DNA of 64,000 nt, from positions 323,454,001 through 323,518,000 of the forward strand of contig OZ024740.1 of assembly GCA_964016885.1 (NCBI GenBank). The letters are read 5' to 3'. The position numbers and the translations under genes are program-made. Below are positions 37,035 through 52,867 of the stretch, one piece after another. Numbering within the stretch: position 1 is the first letter of the stretch; every line of letters starts with the position of its first letter. The notes below the pieces were generated by a model that did no database searches, was not told where the DNA came from, and worked only from the letters and a program-made list of their open reading frames with translations. Source of the DNA: Eledone cirrhosa. Lineage: Eukaryota.

Positions 37035-40000
37035 CCTCTGGTTTTATAATTTCACAAATTTTTTCTCAATAAAGAGAGAGTCGGTTTCTAACATAGACAC
37101 AAGACTCTCTCATTGGAATTTACACAACATCAACTAGGAAGATTATGTATGCATGCATGTGTAGATATGGATGTTATTGTGTGTGTGGATGTGGATGTTT
37201 TGAGTTGTATGTGTGCATGTGTATATGCTTTGCATCTGTACATGTGTATATGCAGTTATTAGATGCAAAATGTTTGGAATATTTTACATATTTTTACTCT
37301 TCTTAACTAGTCGTGTTCTTTCTGTTCCTGTGAAGCCTAGCTTCTCAACATTAGTATTGAGGCAGTTACTAACATACCCCAGTGCCCCAATAATCACAGT
37401 CATAAATCTGAAGGTGTAATAAGGGTGGAGTATCTGCTGATTTCTCATCAGTTCTGCATAAATATTCCCCTTTTCACTAATCTTTGATATTATATTGGCA
37501 TCTGCTGGGCAGCTAATTTCCACTACTGTGCATGCTTTCTTCTCCCTGTCCCAAATCATAATATCTGGTCTGTTATGCCTGCATTTTACTGGGGTTTTTA
37601 CTGGATCATTCCACCAGTACTTTTTCATATTATGTACATGGATGTCTTCCACATTGCTGTAGCTTTTAATGCGTTTATTATCGGCGCTATCTTTTTTACG
37701 AACTGCATTGTAAAGTGTTTTGGCCACTACATCATGCCTCAATAAAGAGAGAGTCTGCACTTTTTATCACATCTAGGTGTTTTGCCTGCATCCCTATCTC
37801 TTTCGTGAATAACTTATTTCGTGTTAATCTCCTGTTCTTGGATTGCAAAAGCGTATCTTTCAAAGTGGGAGCCAATATAGCGGTTGTTGGTCCAAGATAG
37901 ACTACTTTCCTTATCTATATTACTCTCACTCTGGAGCTTCCTGGCAGCATATCCATGTATGATTTTTTGCTGATAAGCATGCAATTTTTCATCCATGGAT
38001 TCACTGCGATAGTGCTGAGCGACTTCCTTGGATGTGAGTTTTTGATTATCAGACAGGGAATATCTCTCGAGGAGTTCCTTCCCAACTCTCATGAACTTAT
38101 CTGTTTCATGCAGATAGACTTGCTCGAGAAACGGGCTCCTACGCTTCGAGGTTCGTAGATGTTGTCGGAGAGATATGATGCGACATTCAAATGCTGTCTG
38201 GACTGATGTTAGGCCTCTGCCTCCCTGCTTACGTTTCAAGTAAAGGCGATCAATGTCACTGTTGATGTGGAAGTTTCCGGTGTTGTTTAGTATTTTTCGA
38301 GTTCCAACATCAACTGCTCGGAAATCGTCTATAGTCCAATTGAGTATTGCAAACGTTGGTGTTAGGACAGACACAGCAAACACATTGTGGGCCACTATTT
38401 TGTTTTGCGCAGAGAGTTCCGATGACCAGATCTTTCTTAATCGGGTGTAGTATTCTCTGGTTACGCGTTCTTTATTACAGATACCATTATAGGATATGTT
38501 CTCATCTATCCCCAGGTATCTGTAGCAGTCCTCATCGGATATCGGTGAAACAGTTAGGCCATTGATGACAATGTTGCTAGATAGGGTTGTTGTTTTTCCC
38601 CGCTTTACAGTCATGTATGAGCATTTATATTGGCCAAACTCCATTCCTATATCCTTTGAGAACGTTGTAACCACTTCAACCCATCCATGTTCTTGGCATA
38701 TAGTTTCAGATCGTCCACAAAGAAATTATGGGTTAGGTTCGTATTTCTGTCCTCCTGTGAGCCAATTATGTATCCCTCACATTTCTTGAGCAGAAAGGAC
38801 AAGGAGTTTAATGACAAGATGAATAATATCACAGAGAGACTGTCTCCCTGAAATATACCCCTGCAATATTTTATTTTATCAGTGGAAATAGAATCCTCCC
38901 TCTCTGTCTTTAACCTTAGGATAGTAGCCCAAGAAGAAGACAGCCTCTCTATGACTCTGACAATAATGTCTGGGACTTTAGTTGGAGGGCCTCTATCATC
39001 CAAGTTGGAGGGCCTCTATCATCCAAGAGTGGGGAACAGAATCGAAAGCTTTCCTGTAGCCCAGCCAGACTGTAGCCATATTCCTCCTAAGTTGTCGCAC
39101 CTCCGACATCGCAGTTTTGTTGATTAGGAGTTGTTCAGCGCATCCCCAAACCCCTTTCTTTCCAGCTGCTTGTTCATCTGTGATGATGTGTTATTATTTT
39201 CACAGTGATCTTGGAGGTATAGGTTCAGGCAGGCTGTATACATCTTATACATCAGGTTCTGGCATGCAATGGGTCGGTAGTTTTTTGCCAAGTGGGTGTC
39301 TTTGTTCTTGGGGACCAGTAATGTTTGTGCTAATGTCAACCATTCTGCTATAAGTGTATCTCCCTTAAGAACTTGTTGGTAGAGGTCAGTAAGATACCTC
39401 CGATAGAATATCAGTTTTTTGTACCAGTAGCCTACAATCATGTCTCTTCCTGGTATTTTCTTATCTTGGAGTTTTCCTATCACAATCTCAAGGGTACCTT
39501 TACTTATTTCGTATGTTTTTGTTGTAGTGTAGGAGCAATAATTCTTTCGCATTTCTCTTAGCCTCACTGCATCTTGGTTGAAATTTTTCATTTCACCCCA
39601 TATTTTGCTCCAAAAGGAATCTATGTCTTTCTGGGAAGGAGCCTCAGTGACACTTATTATTTTGCCCTTCATATCTCTATAGACTGATGTTTGGTTTCGT
39701 CTGAATCTTTTATTAAGCACTTTTCTCTCATCTACCTTCTTCAGGTATCGGAGTTTTTTGCTAACATCTCTCAATTCTTGTTTGAGGGTGATCAGCTTAT
39801 ATTGGAAAGTTCTGGTTCTACTGTTACCAAACATCGTCTCTATTTTATTTTTCACTCTTTTTTGGTGAGGAGTGAGGTTTTTTTGTGTTTGTTTGCATGT
39901 AAGGAGCATTGTCACATATCCTATGGTTTTTCGTAGGTCAGCAATCTTTTTTCTATTTTAGTTATATATGATGGTATTTTTGGTGGTGTTCTGTTCTTGT

Positions 40001-41076
40001 TAATATCTCTGTAATCACCAAGATAATGATTCACTGTCGTTGCTAAGGCATATAAACAGGCGTTGATTTGCCAAAATGTTGGAATTTTTAACCGTCGTAA
40101 ATATTCATCCCCTATTTCGTCAATAACACGTAGTATTTCATTATTTGGTTTTTTTATTAAACATTGTCGTTTTAATACGTTCAGCGAGAGAGATATTTAT
40201 ACATGAATTAATTTCTCTCTGAAAGATTTCGTTGCGGGAAAATTTCAATTGTTTATACTTTTGATTATTATCAATATCGATAGTATATTCCACAACAGTC
40301 GAGGAAGACTGGGATGGTACACGTGGTGTCAAATTTATTCGATTATTATTATTATTTCTTCGATTATTATTATTATCGATAGTGTTTTCCCCAGCATTCG
40401 AGGTAGACTTAGATGGTACAGGTGGTGTCAAGTTTCTTACAGGCATAGTTGTTTCAAGGCAATGTTCGACCTGGCTGCTAGGAAGTCTAGTAGCATGGCG
40501 ACCTGTAGCACGTGTTGTTGATAACATGTTTGTTGTGGGGGACTTACAATTAATAATATTTATCTTATTTTTAAGTTCAACAAACGTCGCTTGTTGGCGT
40601 AATTGTTTCGCTGTGAAATAATTTAGCTCTGGGTGCATTTCGTCTCAGTGTAGCTTCATTCTGTTCATATAGCCAATGGAGGCATTGATTTTTGCCATTT
40701 TATAACAATTAAATAAAACATCATTAAGTTCGCAACTCCAAGAGAAATGCGATTTATGATTTCGGTTTCTTCTGTAGCTACAACTGAATACATTTTTTAC
40801 CTTTCTCGTTGTTTTTCTTCGGTACTTCCTTAATGTTGTTGTTGTTGATGTTGTGTTCAGCCATGCTGTTTGTAGCAAATCCTTGTAAAATGAATTATGT
40901 ATTTAGTCGGATATCTCTACGAATTCGAATAAAAGGTGTCTTCAGAATATATAGTTACAAGAATAACCAGTTATTCAACATGACTGTAGTTGTGGCATTA
41001 CCGTCGGAGATAGTATTCATCTTAAATTAAATAAATAGTCTCCCATGCCAAAATATGCGACTGATCGCGTTGACTG
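37031..41076 (-). mobile_element. Near full-length decayed R4/Dong-clade RLE non-LTR retrotransposon
   Basis: Frameshifted ORFs: KNYRPIACQNLMYK, RGIFQGDSLS, FFVDDLKLY, YRYLGI, RLYLKRKQGGRGL, RHDVVAK, HNRPDI..VVEISCP..YAEL. Confidence 0.93.
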
Positions 41077-41132
41077 TATGTATGTATGACTGTATGTATG
41101 TATGACTGTATGTATGTATGTATGTATGTATG

Positions 41133-41164
<32 letters not shown>

Positions 41165-41246
41165 AGGTAAACAGAAATAACAACACAATCGGTACAGTAT
41201 ATGGAAGGAATACATTAGGTTAACAATTGAAATAGCAGGAAGAGGG

Positions 41247-41282
41247 TCTTAACGTTTCGGACGCTATTCCTTCATCAGAAGA
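41247..41282 (-). ncRNA. Minimal type I hammerhead ribozyme
   Basis: Minus: tctt CTGATGA a gga atagcg tcc GAAA cg TT aaga; cassette 41161-41510 homologous to 23458-23580. Confidence 0.82.
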
Positions 41283-41507
41283 AAGAATGAGAAATAAGAT
41301 AGATTGAAGGGATGGGCGGGGTCGAATTGGAAAAAAATGTCTTTAGATGAAAATAACAGGTCCATTCATGTTGTTGTATAGATAAGAGAATTGAATTAGA
41401 TTATTTATCGGAGAAAAATCAGGAGAAAAATCAAATTAATGTAAACGGTTAACACACAATAAGACGCGTGGGTTCGATTCCCACACGTGCTGATAGCCAT
41501 TCCTTCG

Positions 41508-41551
<44 letters not shown>

Positions 41552-41567
41552 TATATATATATATATA

Positions 41568-41835
41568 TAAGACTCTCGTATTCTGTGTATTCGTTCTCCA
41601 TGTGTCCGCACCCTCGTAGTTACAGCCATATAAGCTACTATCGCAGCTATAGTACCGGTAGCATCGTTATGTATCGAAACTGAGTGTTATGTAACCTACC
41701 ATAACGTTATTTTGTAATCTACAGCCGGTCGCTGAAAAAGCGAGTATTGTTCTCTGTTTGTATGAGTTTCTTGTTTTCTTGTCCCCGCTGTGATGATTTA
41801 GTTAATTTTCTTTGATTGAAAACGCAGGCAAAAGT

Positions 41836-41876
<41 letters not shown>

Positions 41877-42691
41877 ATATATATATATACAAATATATAT
41901 ATATATATATGTATATATATGTATATACACCTTGACCGACCAGCCTGTCGAGCGCCATCGGCGGCGCTGGTCACAGCACGTCGTGCTGTTTTAGCCATAA
42001 AATAACGCCATGCCACTGGGTGGTCGGGCAGGTACTTATTTCTACAGCTGAGTAAACTGGAGCAACGTGATATAAAGTGTCTTGCTCAAGGAAACAACAC
42101 ATCACCCGGTTCGAGAATTGAACTCACAACCTTTCGATTGCAAGCCCAATGCTCTAACCACTAAGCCATGTGCCTTCACACACACATATATATATACATA
42201 TATATATATGTGTGTATATATATACACACACATTTCTCTCTCTCTTTCGTCTGCGACTTCACAAAACTTATGTTTACCGAATTCGTAGACCAGACCCCTT
42301 TATCTTCTTCTTCTTCTTCTTCTTCTTCTTCTTCTTCTTCTTCTTCTTCTTCTCCCCCCCCCCCGTCAAACTTGGGCGAAATTCTTTCCTTGCTCACATT
42401 TCAACCAGGTTTGATGGTCTTTTGTCTCTTGTTCACGATTTCACCGAGTTTATATTCATAGAGATCTGGGACTTGTCTATTTCTTCTCACTTTCCGTTGC
42501 TTAAACTTTTTTGTTTGTTACCCTGGCGTCCCCTTTGTTTACGTGTCGCAACGACTTTTTTTAGCCGTTGTTCGCACCAACCTGAGGCATATGGCCCTTA
42601 AAGCGATGAAATGCCTGGGACGGTTGGAGGGTCACTGATGAAGGACCTACTTTTTCACATGCCCCACCATTTGCAACGGGCAGCCTATTAT

Positions 42692-42746
<55 letters not shown>

Positions 42747-43013
42747 ACTTTTGCCTGCGTTTTCAATCAAAGAAAATTAACTAAATCATCACAGCAGGGA
42801 CAAGAAAACAAGAAACTCATACAAACAGAGAACAGTACTCGCTTTTTCAGCGACCGGCTGTAGATTACAAAATAACGTTATGGTAGGTTACATAACACTC
42901 AGTTTCGATACATAACGATGCCACCTGTACTATAGCTGCGATAGTAGCTTATATGGCTGTAACTACGAGGGTGCGGACACATGGAGAACGAATACACAGA
43001 ATACGAGAGTCTT
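41568..43013. repeat. About 270-bp inverted repeat enclosing about 900 bp of microsatellite/SINE cargo
   Basis: 41568-41840 is the reverse complement of 42742-43013; the right arm continues into unique sequence. Confidence 0.9.
42030..42178 (-). mobile_element. tRNA-derived CORE-like SINE
   Basis: Minus: ggcacatggcttagtggttagagc..gagttcaattc..tttccttgagcaagacacttt..gctccagtttactcagctg. Confidence 0.8.
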
Positions 43014-43324
43014 ACGACAAACGCAAACAATACAGGTAACAACCGAAATTGTTTGTAACAAACCCTAATGTGGATAAATAAATCGATTCTTTGAAATATA
43101 ATGTAGATACAACGTTTACATGTATGCAAGTGGGAAAACGCTGAATACACTAAATGGTATGTTAAGCAACTGAAGTATATGATAAAGTTATATTTGTGTA
43201 CAGAGAGAATAGAGGTATGCATAAGTGTGTATACAGACCAAATATACGTGTTTCCCTGTCAGTTCAAACACCTTTGAATTGCCTTTCAAATCTAGGTAGC
43301 CTGGTTTATCACCTCCGTATACAC

Positions 43325-43453
<129 letters not shown>

Positions 43454-44081
43454 CATACATACACATACATATATACATACATATATACTTACATATATAC
43501 ATATCTACTTACATATATACATACATACACACATATATACATACACACATACAAACATACATACACACACATACATACATACACATACATATATACATAC
43601 ATACACACATACAAACATATATACTTACATATATACATTCATACACATATATATACATACATATATACATATATACTCAAATACATACACACATACATAC
43701 ATACATACGTACACACATACATACATACATATATACTTACATATATACATACACACATATATACATACATTCACACATATATACATACATTCCTACATAC
43801 ACAGACAAACACACACATTGAATCCAAGCCTGTAATGTGTGAAGATCAATCCTTATTCGTGGGTGTTTAATGCTATATTGTATATCGACGTATTCACACA
43901 ATCCATACAACAACAATATCAACAATATAAGACAAACCAAACAATCATGGCCAACATAATAACAATGTTGTAGTATTGTAGTAGAAATATCTATCTATCT
44001 ATCTATCTATTTATCTATCTATCTTTCTATCTATCTATCTTTCTATCTATTTATCTATCTATCTATCTCTCTCTCTTTCTA

Positions 44082-44125
<44 letters not shown>

Positions 44126-44171
44126 AGTTTAGGAATAACCAAAGAGTGCTTAGAAATACATTGTTTTATTT

Positions 44172-44217
44172 GCTAACAGTGTTTCATCCATACCCTAGGG
44201 CAGGAATCATCGGAGCT
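44172..44217 (-). ncRNA. Type I hammerhead ribozyme, U4C variant
   Basis: Minus: gct CCGATGA t tcc tgccc ta gggta t gga t GAAA cactg TT agc. Confidence 0.65.
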
Positions 44218-45231
44218 TATAAACAAAAATATATCAAAGGTTGCAGGCTCCATCGAGCTCAGTAACCAGAACCAAGATGAAGGACAAGTAGGGGGTCCCA
44301 GGCCAGCGCTGTATAGAATAACACACAATACATGATACATATAATGTCATAAAAAATTACATCAAAAGTTTATCACATAACTGTTGCAATAGATCATAAG
44401 GAGGTTGAGAGAGGAGAGCAAGAAATGAATGAGGGTGTTATTCAGCATGATCGAAAACAAACCAAGCATAGATACATCAATTCACAAGCAGTGCAAGTAC
44501 ATGATTTACAGGCAGAGTATGAAAGCTTGTAAGCAGGAGTCAGTAAACAGAAAAGTTGGTTAGCTGTGGTGCAGCTTTACAGGCAGGATTGTTTATAGGA
44601 AAGATGGTGCACTTCAGTAGTATCGCCTTGTAACAGGTCGATTTCTCCATATCAGACCACCACCCTCTATCCATTGGTTCCAGTTCCAAGCATTAGGCGA
44701 CATAATACCAGGTTTCCAATTACACGCATAGAGGATCTCTCCACAGAGGCAGTCTGCAACAAACATCTTAAATCCAAAACAGAATACAATGAAGTGAGGT
44801 AAAGCAAAGTACATGCACTGCTGGCACTCCAATGAAGAAAGTGAAATTAAAACAGGTCCACAATATCTGCTATCTCTCACAGTCTTCACTTTCGGTTATG
44901 CAACCCAACGTCCCACGTGAAATACACTGCATGGCCCAGTCGGCATCGAACAACAGTGCCATACCATATGTAAATATACCACAGTAAATGCTATTCGTAA
45001 TGGCTAGTTAGTCTCGTAGACAGAAAGCGTATATAGAAAACTCCGCCTATGGAAATACCTAGGGCAGAGTGAAGGAAACGCAGTGATGGTTAGATTAATA
45101 GGCGGGCTTATTAGAATAAGTGTAAATTTCTGGTGTGTGCAAGTACTGCAGAAGATATAGTAAACTCACGGCTAGAACTGTCAATGACAACAATGTTGTT
45201 TACATGTCCACCACGTGGTTTTTGTGTAGAT

Positions 45232-45919
45232 CAAATGTTCTCAAGGGGGGGCATATGCACCCCCGGGGGGGCGTTTCGGAACTCCAGGGGGGAGTTTGGG
45301 AGCAAGGTCGCGTTAGGGGGGGGGCTGGGGGGGGGGGAGGTTAGGGGCGCTGGAAGGCTCTTTATTTTGGTAAGTTTTATAAGCCATATTTGTATGTCTT
45401 TGAGACAGCCAGTGTGAATGCATTTGAATGAGCTTGCAGACAGCATAACTATAGTCTGACCGCAGCTGTGAGCAGGTGTGCAGGCATGTCTGGTAATTGA
45501 GACGTTAACCGGTAATTGAGATCCTAAAAATGGAAAAACCCACAGTCAACTTGGTCAAAGACACTTTGAGCGCAGCCAGTTAGAATCTTATTTTTCCTTC
45601 ACCGATAACAATGTATTTTATGTCTGAAATTATTGACTCAGCCGTAACGAGTTAACACTATATAGATCTATTTTATTCCCTATTGTGTAAATAATATTAC
45701 AAATAAAAAAAAAAGAAAAGGAAAAACAGAAGCGAGTAGCACACACATCTAGGACCACATACAACACATAATCAGATAATACACACATCTTTAGAATATT
45801 GTTAATCAATTTTTTATTAATCTACTGATATAAAAATCAGTAGTATATTGAAAAATGGAAAAATAGGGGGGGGGGGGGCATTTCGTGATTTCGAGGGACA
45901 AGTGGGTTGAGAACCTGTG
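45232..45919. mobile_element. hAT-type MITE
   Basis: TIRs caaatgttctcaa / ttgagaacctgtg; perfect 8-bp TSD gtgtagat (45224-45231, 45920-45927). Confidence 0.85.
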
Positions 45920-47011
45920 GTGTAGATTACTGAATCTGAAGGTTGTAATCTTTTCACAGTCGGGTATAACCCCTCCTGGGTCGGCTGGAAGTCAATATCA
46001 ACTATCGCACATTGCCTTGAATGCGGTTTTATAATTTATCATATTTGCAGCACAATTTATATTCCACAATATCAAAAGTTAGCTTCTCGTTAGTAACTTC
46101 CAACGGTTTTCAAAATACGGGCGCAGGGAGTCGTTGTGCGTTTATGAAAGTATGGGAGGTACTTCGCGTCATAAAGGGCGGATTCATTAGGTATCCCCGG
46201 GACGCTTGGGGCAAATCCGTAGTTCGATTCAAACCCTTCCGGTGTTTGATCGATCATGTGGCACCTAGTACACTCGATTTGCTCACATTGTTCACTATAT
46301 TATGTTGGATCTATGTCACACGCTATGGTCAAGGCTATCTGGATCCAAGATGCCCAGGCCATCCGCCTTATAGTTGCGGTGGAGTATGTTGGGCTTTCGA
46401 TAAACTATTATGCTGTGCTATCAATTAGCGCACAATGGGCATGTTTATAAACCATATCCCATTGGTTAGTATGGGTAGGTGCCCGTATAGGGTGAAACTG
46501 TGCTGGGTAGAGTGAAAAGGCCTTAAGTAGTTGTACCATATGGGTTATGGGCTTAAGGTAAAAAGATGATTAAGGTAAAAGAGAAAGAAAAAGTAAAAGA
46601 GAAGGAATGAGAGAAAGAAAAGAGGAGAAGAGCCAATATACGCACGATGGGCTCTAATTGGTGGACCGGAGCGGATCTACCTCAATTAAGGTCGCATACG
46701 TGGGTTTGGTGTGCTGTTGGGAGAGTCGCAAAGGCATGCTATGAGTAGAACCCCCATGCGGGTCCCTAGAGTATGGGAATGAGGATGAGGTGAGGTATTG
46801 CCATCAATGATGACCCGGCCTACATGTAAAGAAACGTAGAGTAGGGTCGGGTCGGGTCGGGTCGGGTGAGGGTTGCCAGAGGTCAGTCGGGACCTAAGAG
46901 AGGTGCACAGTGAGGTGCCGAAGCAGGTCATGTCGTACAAGGTTGCTCTAGGAGAGTACAGTGTCGTATATGGTTATCTAATGGGTAATATATTCCTTTG
47001 TTATATTTCGA

Positions 47012-47069
47012 ATACCTGATGATGTCACCGGATTCATACTGAACCCGGTCATTGAAATGATCATAGTAT
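47012..47069 (+). ncRNA. Type I hammerhead ribozyme
   Basis: atac CTGATGA tgtc accgg a ttca tac tgaa c ccggt catt GAAA tgatca TA gtat, then aataaa. Confidence 0.85.
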
Positions 47070-47244
47070 AATAAACCTTTTAAGGAATTTCACTCTTATT
47101 TTATAATAATTAACTCCGTACTCGCACCACCAACAACACAAATGATGACGGGTGAGTTGCATTACGTTGAGTGCTCTCCATAATATTACATCGAGGTTGA
47201 CCATACGGAATGACCAGTTCTATCCAGTGGTGAACCAACAACCC

Positions 47245-47291
<47 letters not shown>

Positions 47292-47588
47292 GAAAAGTAT
47301 AGAAATTATTGTAGCAAGAAGCCAACAGTATTCCATAATATATAAGTGACTATAGCGTCAAAATGGAAAAATAGTTAACGTAAGATGTGGGAAAATAATT
47401 CAAACTCAATTCAAAAAGAATCAGGATATAGATTCATCCACAGAATTTGGTGAAATCCAGGGAAAAATCAATAGAGCCTTAACTCAGAATAAAATAAAGT
47501 TTAAAATACTCATCCTTCAATTTGGAAAAACTACAAATGCTCTGTATAGTCTTATATATATGTGTATAGTCTTATATATATATATGTG

Positions 47589-48891
<1,303 letters not shown>

Positions 48892-48894
48892 TTA

Positions 48895-48942
<48 letters not shown>

Positions 48943-48989
48943 CATCATCGTTTAACTTCTATCTTCCACGCATGTATATATATATATAA

Positions 48990-49037
<48 letters not shown>

Positions 49038-49374
49038 TTGTGTATGTGTGTGTCTGTGTCTGTGTCTGTGTCTGTATATTTCTGCCTCTATGTGTGCGTT
49101 TATCTGTCTTAGCTTTCCTCAATTCATCGGTAGAGAGTGTGTCTGTGCGTCTCCATATTTGTGTGTGTGTTCGCATGTGTGTGTTTGTGTATAGGTGTAT
49201 GTGTCCGTATGTGTGTTTATGGCTGTGTGTCTATATTTTTACCTGTCTGTGTGTAATCATTTGTGCCTGTATGTGTATGTGTGTGTAGTGTGTGCGTGTG
49301 TGTGTGAGTGTAGTGTGTGCGTGTGTGTGTGTGTGTATATGTATGCATGTATGTGTGTGTGTGTCTGTATGTAT

Positions 49375-49467
49375 ATATTTATGCCTGTATGTGTGTGTGT
49401 ATATATATAAATAGTTATGCCTGTATATATGTGTGTGTGTGTATATATATATATATTTATGCCTGTA

Positions 49468-49514
<47 letters not shown>

Positions 49515-49597
49515 GCCTGTATATATGTGTGTGTGTGTGTATATATATAGATAATTATGCCTGTGTGTGTGTGTATACATATATTTATGCCTGTATA

Positions 49598-49630
<33 letters not shown>

Positions 49631-49673
49631 TTATGCCTGTATGTGTGTGTGTGTGTGTATATTTATGCCTGTT

Positions 49674-49720
<47 letters not shown>

Positions 49721-49957
49721 GCCTGTACGTGTGTGTGTGTGTGAGTGTATAATACTTATGCCTGTATGTGTGTGTGTGTCTGTGTGTGTGTATATATATA
49801 TATTTATGCATGTATGTGTGTGTGTGTATATATATATATTTATGCCTGTAAGTGTATGTGTGTGTCTGTGTGTATATATATTTATGCCTGTATGTGTGTG
49901 TATATATATATATATATTTATGCCTGTGTGTGTATATATATATATATTATGCCTGTA

Positions 49958-49990
<33 letters not shown>

Positions 49991-50115
49991 TTATGCCTGT
50001 CTGTCTGTGTGTATATATATATATTTATTTATGCCTGTATATGTGTGTGTGTGTGTACATATATATATATATTTATGCCTGTATGTGTGTGTGTGTATAT
50101 TTATGCCTGTATGTG
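49375..50115. repeat. Compound minisatellite ttatgcctgt-(TG)n-(TA)n, roughly 18 units
   Basis: Constant ttatgcctgt anchor separated by variable dinucleotide runs. Confidence 0.9.
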
Positions 50116-50429
50116 TGCGTTTGTATACTCTCGCCTTCCTCAATACATATGTAGAGAATGGAACATTTTGAAGAGTAACCCATCGTATTATGACTTACAC
50201 CTCACTGGAATAAAGTATGTATTGATACGTCTCCTTTGTTCTCATCAATGTATTGTCTGTTTGTTATATTCTTTTGTCCTTTTATTCCTTTATTCTTTTA
50301 TTCTTTTATTCTTTTATACTTTTTACTCGTTTCTGTCATTAGATTGCGGCTATGATGGAGCACTGGCGGTTTGTTTTATTATTTTTTTATTCGAAGGTTC
50401 TTTTTTTCACACACACATACAAATGCACT

Positions 50430-50464
<35 letters not shown>

Positions 50465-50997
50465 ACATTCACACGCATACACAAACACACACACATACAT
50501 ACATATATATATATACACAGACACACAAACACACATATATGTGTACATACAAAGACATACACACACACACAGACATTTATATATATACACACATATATAT
50601 ACATATATACATATATACATATATACATACACAAACACACACAGACACATATATGTATATATTCCTTCGACAGATAGAAGTATTTATTTAACATGATTAA
50701 CAAGTATAAATCCAATAAATCTTATAATACTTTCTATAATATAATGTATTGCTATTATACCTTCTATAATATAATTTATTGATAAAACTATAAAATTAGA
50801 TAAAGAAATAGTACTACAATGTACAGAACAGGACAGTAACAACAGACAAACGCTGGTTTCCCCACAGTTTAGTTTTTTGTTCTTTATTTTCTATTTACAG
50901 TAGTATTCCGCTTTGTAATGTTTATTTTTATTTAAGCAAACTGGTTGAGTCTCATTTAGTAAATGACCAGTTACTGGTACACAAGGACTGCTGCTGG

Positions 50998-51071
<74 letters not shown>

Positions 51072-51202
51072 AACACACATACACACCTATACGCCCACAC
51101 ACATACGCATATATATATATATATATACGTACACACACACGCGCGCACACACGCGCCATCGCAAACACACGCAGACACACACACGCAGACACACACACGC
51201 AC

Positions 51203-51508
<306 letters not shown>

Positions 51509-51689
51509 TTTTACGATCTGAGTTCAAATCCCGCCGAGGTTGACTTTGCCTTTCATCCTTACGGGGTGGATAAAATGAAATACCAGTAATGTACTGGGTA
51601 ATTGCTGGCCTTGTGCCAAAAGTAGAAACAGTTATATATATATATATATATATATTAAATAAGGAAAAGAATCTATTAGTCTATTAGTC

Positions 51690-51826
51690 GCAACTCCAGG
51701 TAGAATGAGCAACGTGAAATAAAGTGTCTTGCTCAAGGACATAACGTATCGCCTGGTCCAGTAATCGAACTCACAACCTCAAGATTGTAAATCCAATTCT
51801 CTAACCACTCAGCTACACGCCTTCAC
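51690..51826 (-). mobile_element. tRNA-derived CORE-like SINE
   Basis: Homologous to 42030-42178. Confidence 0.75.
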
Positions 51827-51911
51827 TTACATATATATATATATATAAGGAAAAGAAATCGAACATGCAACTAGAGTCTTTTTAAGAATATATATTTGTT
51901 TCTTAACCGGT

Positions 51912-51943
<32 letters not shown>

Positions 51944-51944
51944 A

Positions 51945-51991
<47 letters not shown>

Positions 51992-52017
51992 CATACATAC
52001 ATACATACATACATACA

Positions 52018-52053
<36 letters not shown>

Positions 52054-52079
52054 TATACATATATATATATATATTTCCG

Positions 52080-52137
<58 letters not shown>

Positions 52138-52447
52138 GAAATATGTTTGGAACGCGGCGCGCGAAATTTAGAATTGAAATAAAAATATAAGCTTTTGCCC
52201 AAATATGTTTTACTATAATATAGTTTATATAAATTTACACGTCTTCAATATATAGACATGTACATATACCAGATATAGGTATTTCTCTGGAAATTGAAAA
52301 AAATGATAAACTCATAATATATTTCTTAATTAACTACAAAATTACTGCTAATAATTAGTACATCCATTGCAGGCTACACGTTTAGATGTTAGGATATATA
52401 AGCCACTCGATTGTGTTTTTCCATGCTGTTGTTTGGATGATGTAAAT

Positions 52448-52644
52448 CAGACACGGAGAACATGCGGGCCTTTACAAGCACACCTCCGGCGAGCAGAAAG
52501 GAATTTACAGCGCGAGCATGTTTTATCTTCGTAATATAAAATTAAAAAAATTGTAATGTGCGCAATAAGTCTTCGTGTGTGGCCCTCACACAACACATAT
52601 GTGACCCATGTGGTCCTCGGGGGACCCAAAGTTTGACATGCCTG
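52448..52644. mobile_element. hAT/Charlie-like MITE
   Basis: Ends cagacacggagaac..gcgggcc / aaagtttgacatgcctg; TSD weak. Confidence 0.5.
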
Positions 52645-52867
52645 ATATGCATGCCTTCAGATGGAAGAGCAACAACGCCTCAAAGTCTGTTGTAGGTATT
52701 TCCTTACTTGCTAGCAAAATGGTTTAACCTTGAAAGTCGAGAATCCTATCATAAAATATCAAATTTACCTTCCTTATGGAGTACTTAGCCAAATATTGGT
52801 CTTATAAGACTTCCCTACTGATAGCCCACCTGCGTATCTAGCTGTCTATCTATCTGTACGTGCTGCA

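Noticed and set aside
41440-41495. tRNA gene (gggttcgattccc B-box)
   Set aside because: No complete cloverleaf; this and other tRNA-like heads are SINE-type remnants
42635-42641. CTGATGA hammerhead core
   Set aside because: No downstream GAAA or closing stems
49375-50115. Anchor plus variable spacer array as CRISPR-like
   Set aside because: Spacers are only TG/TA runs and the anchor is about 10 bp
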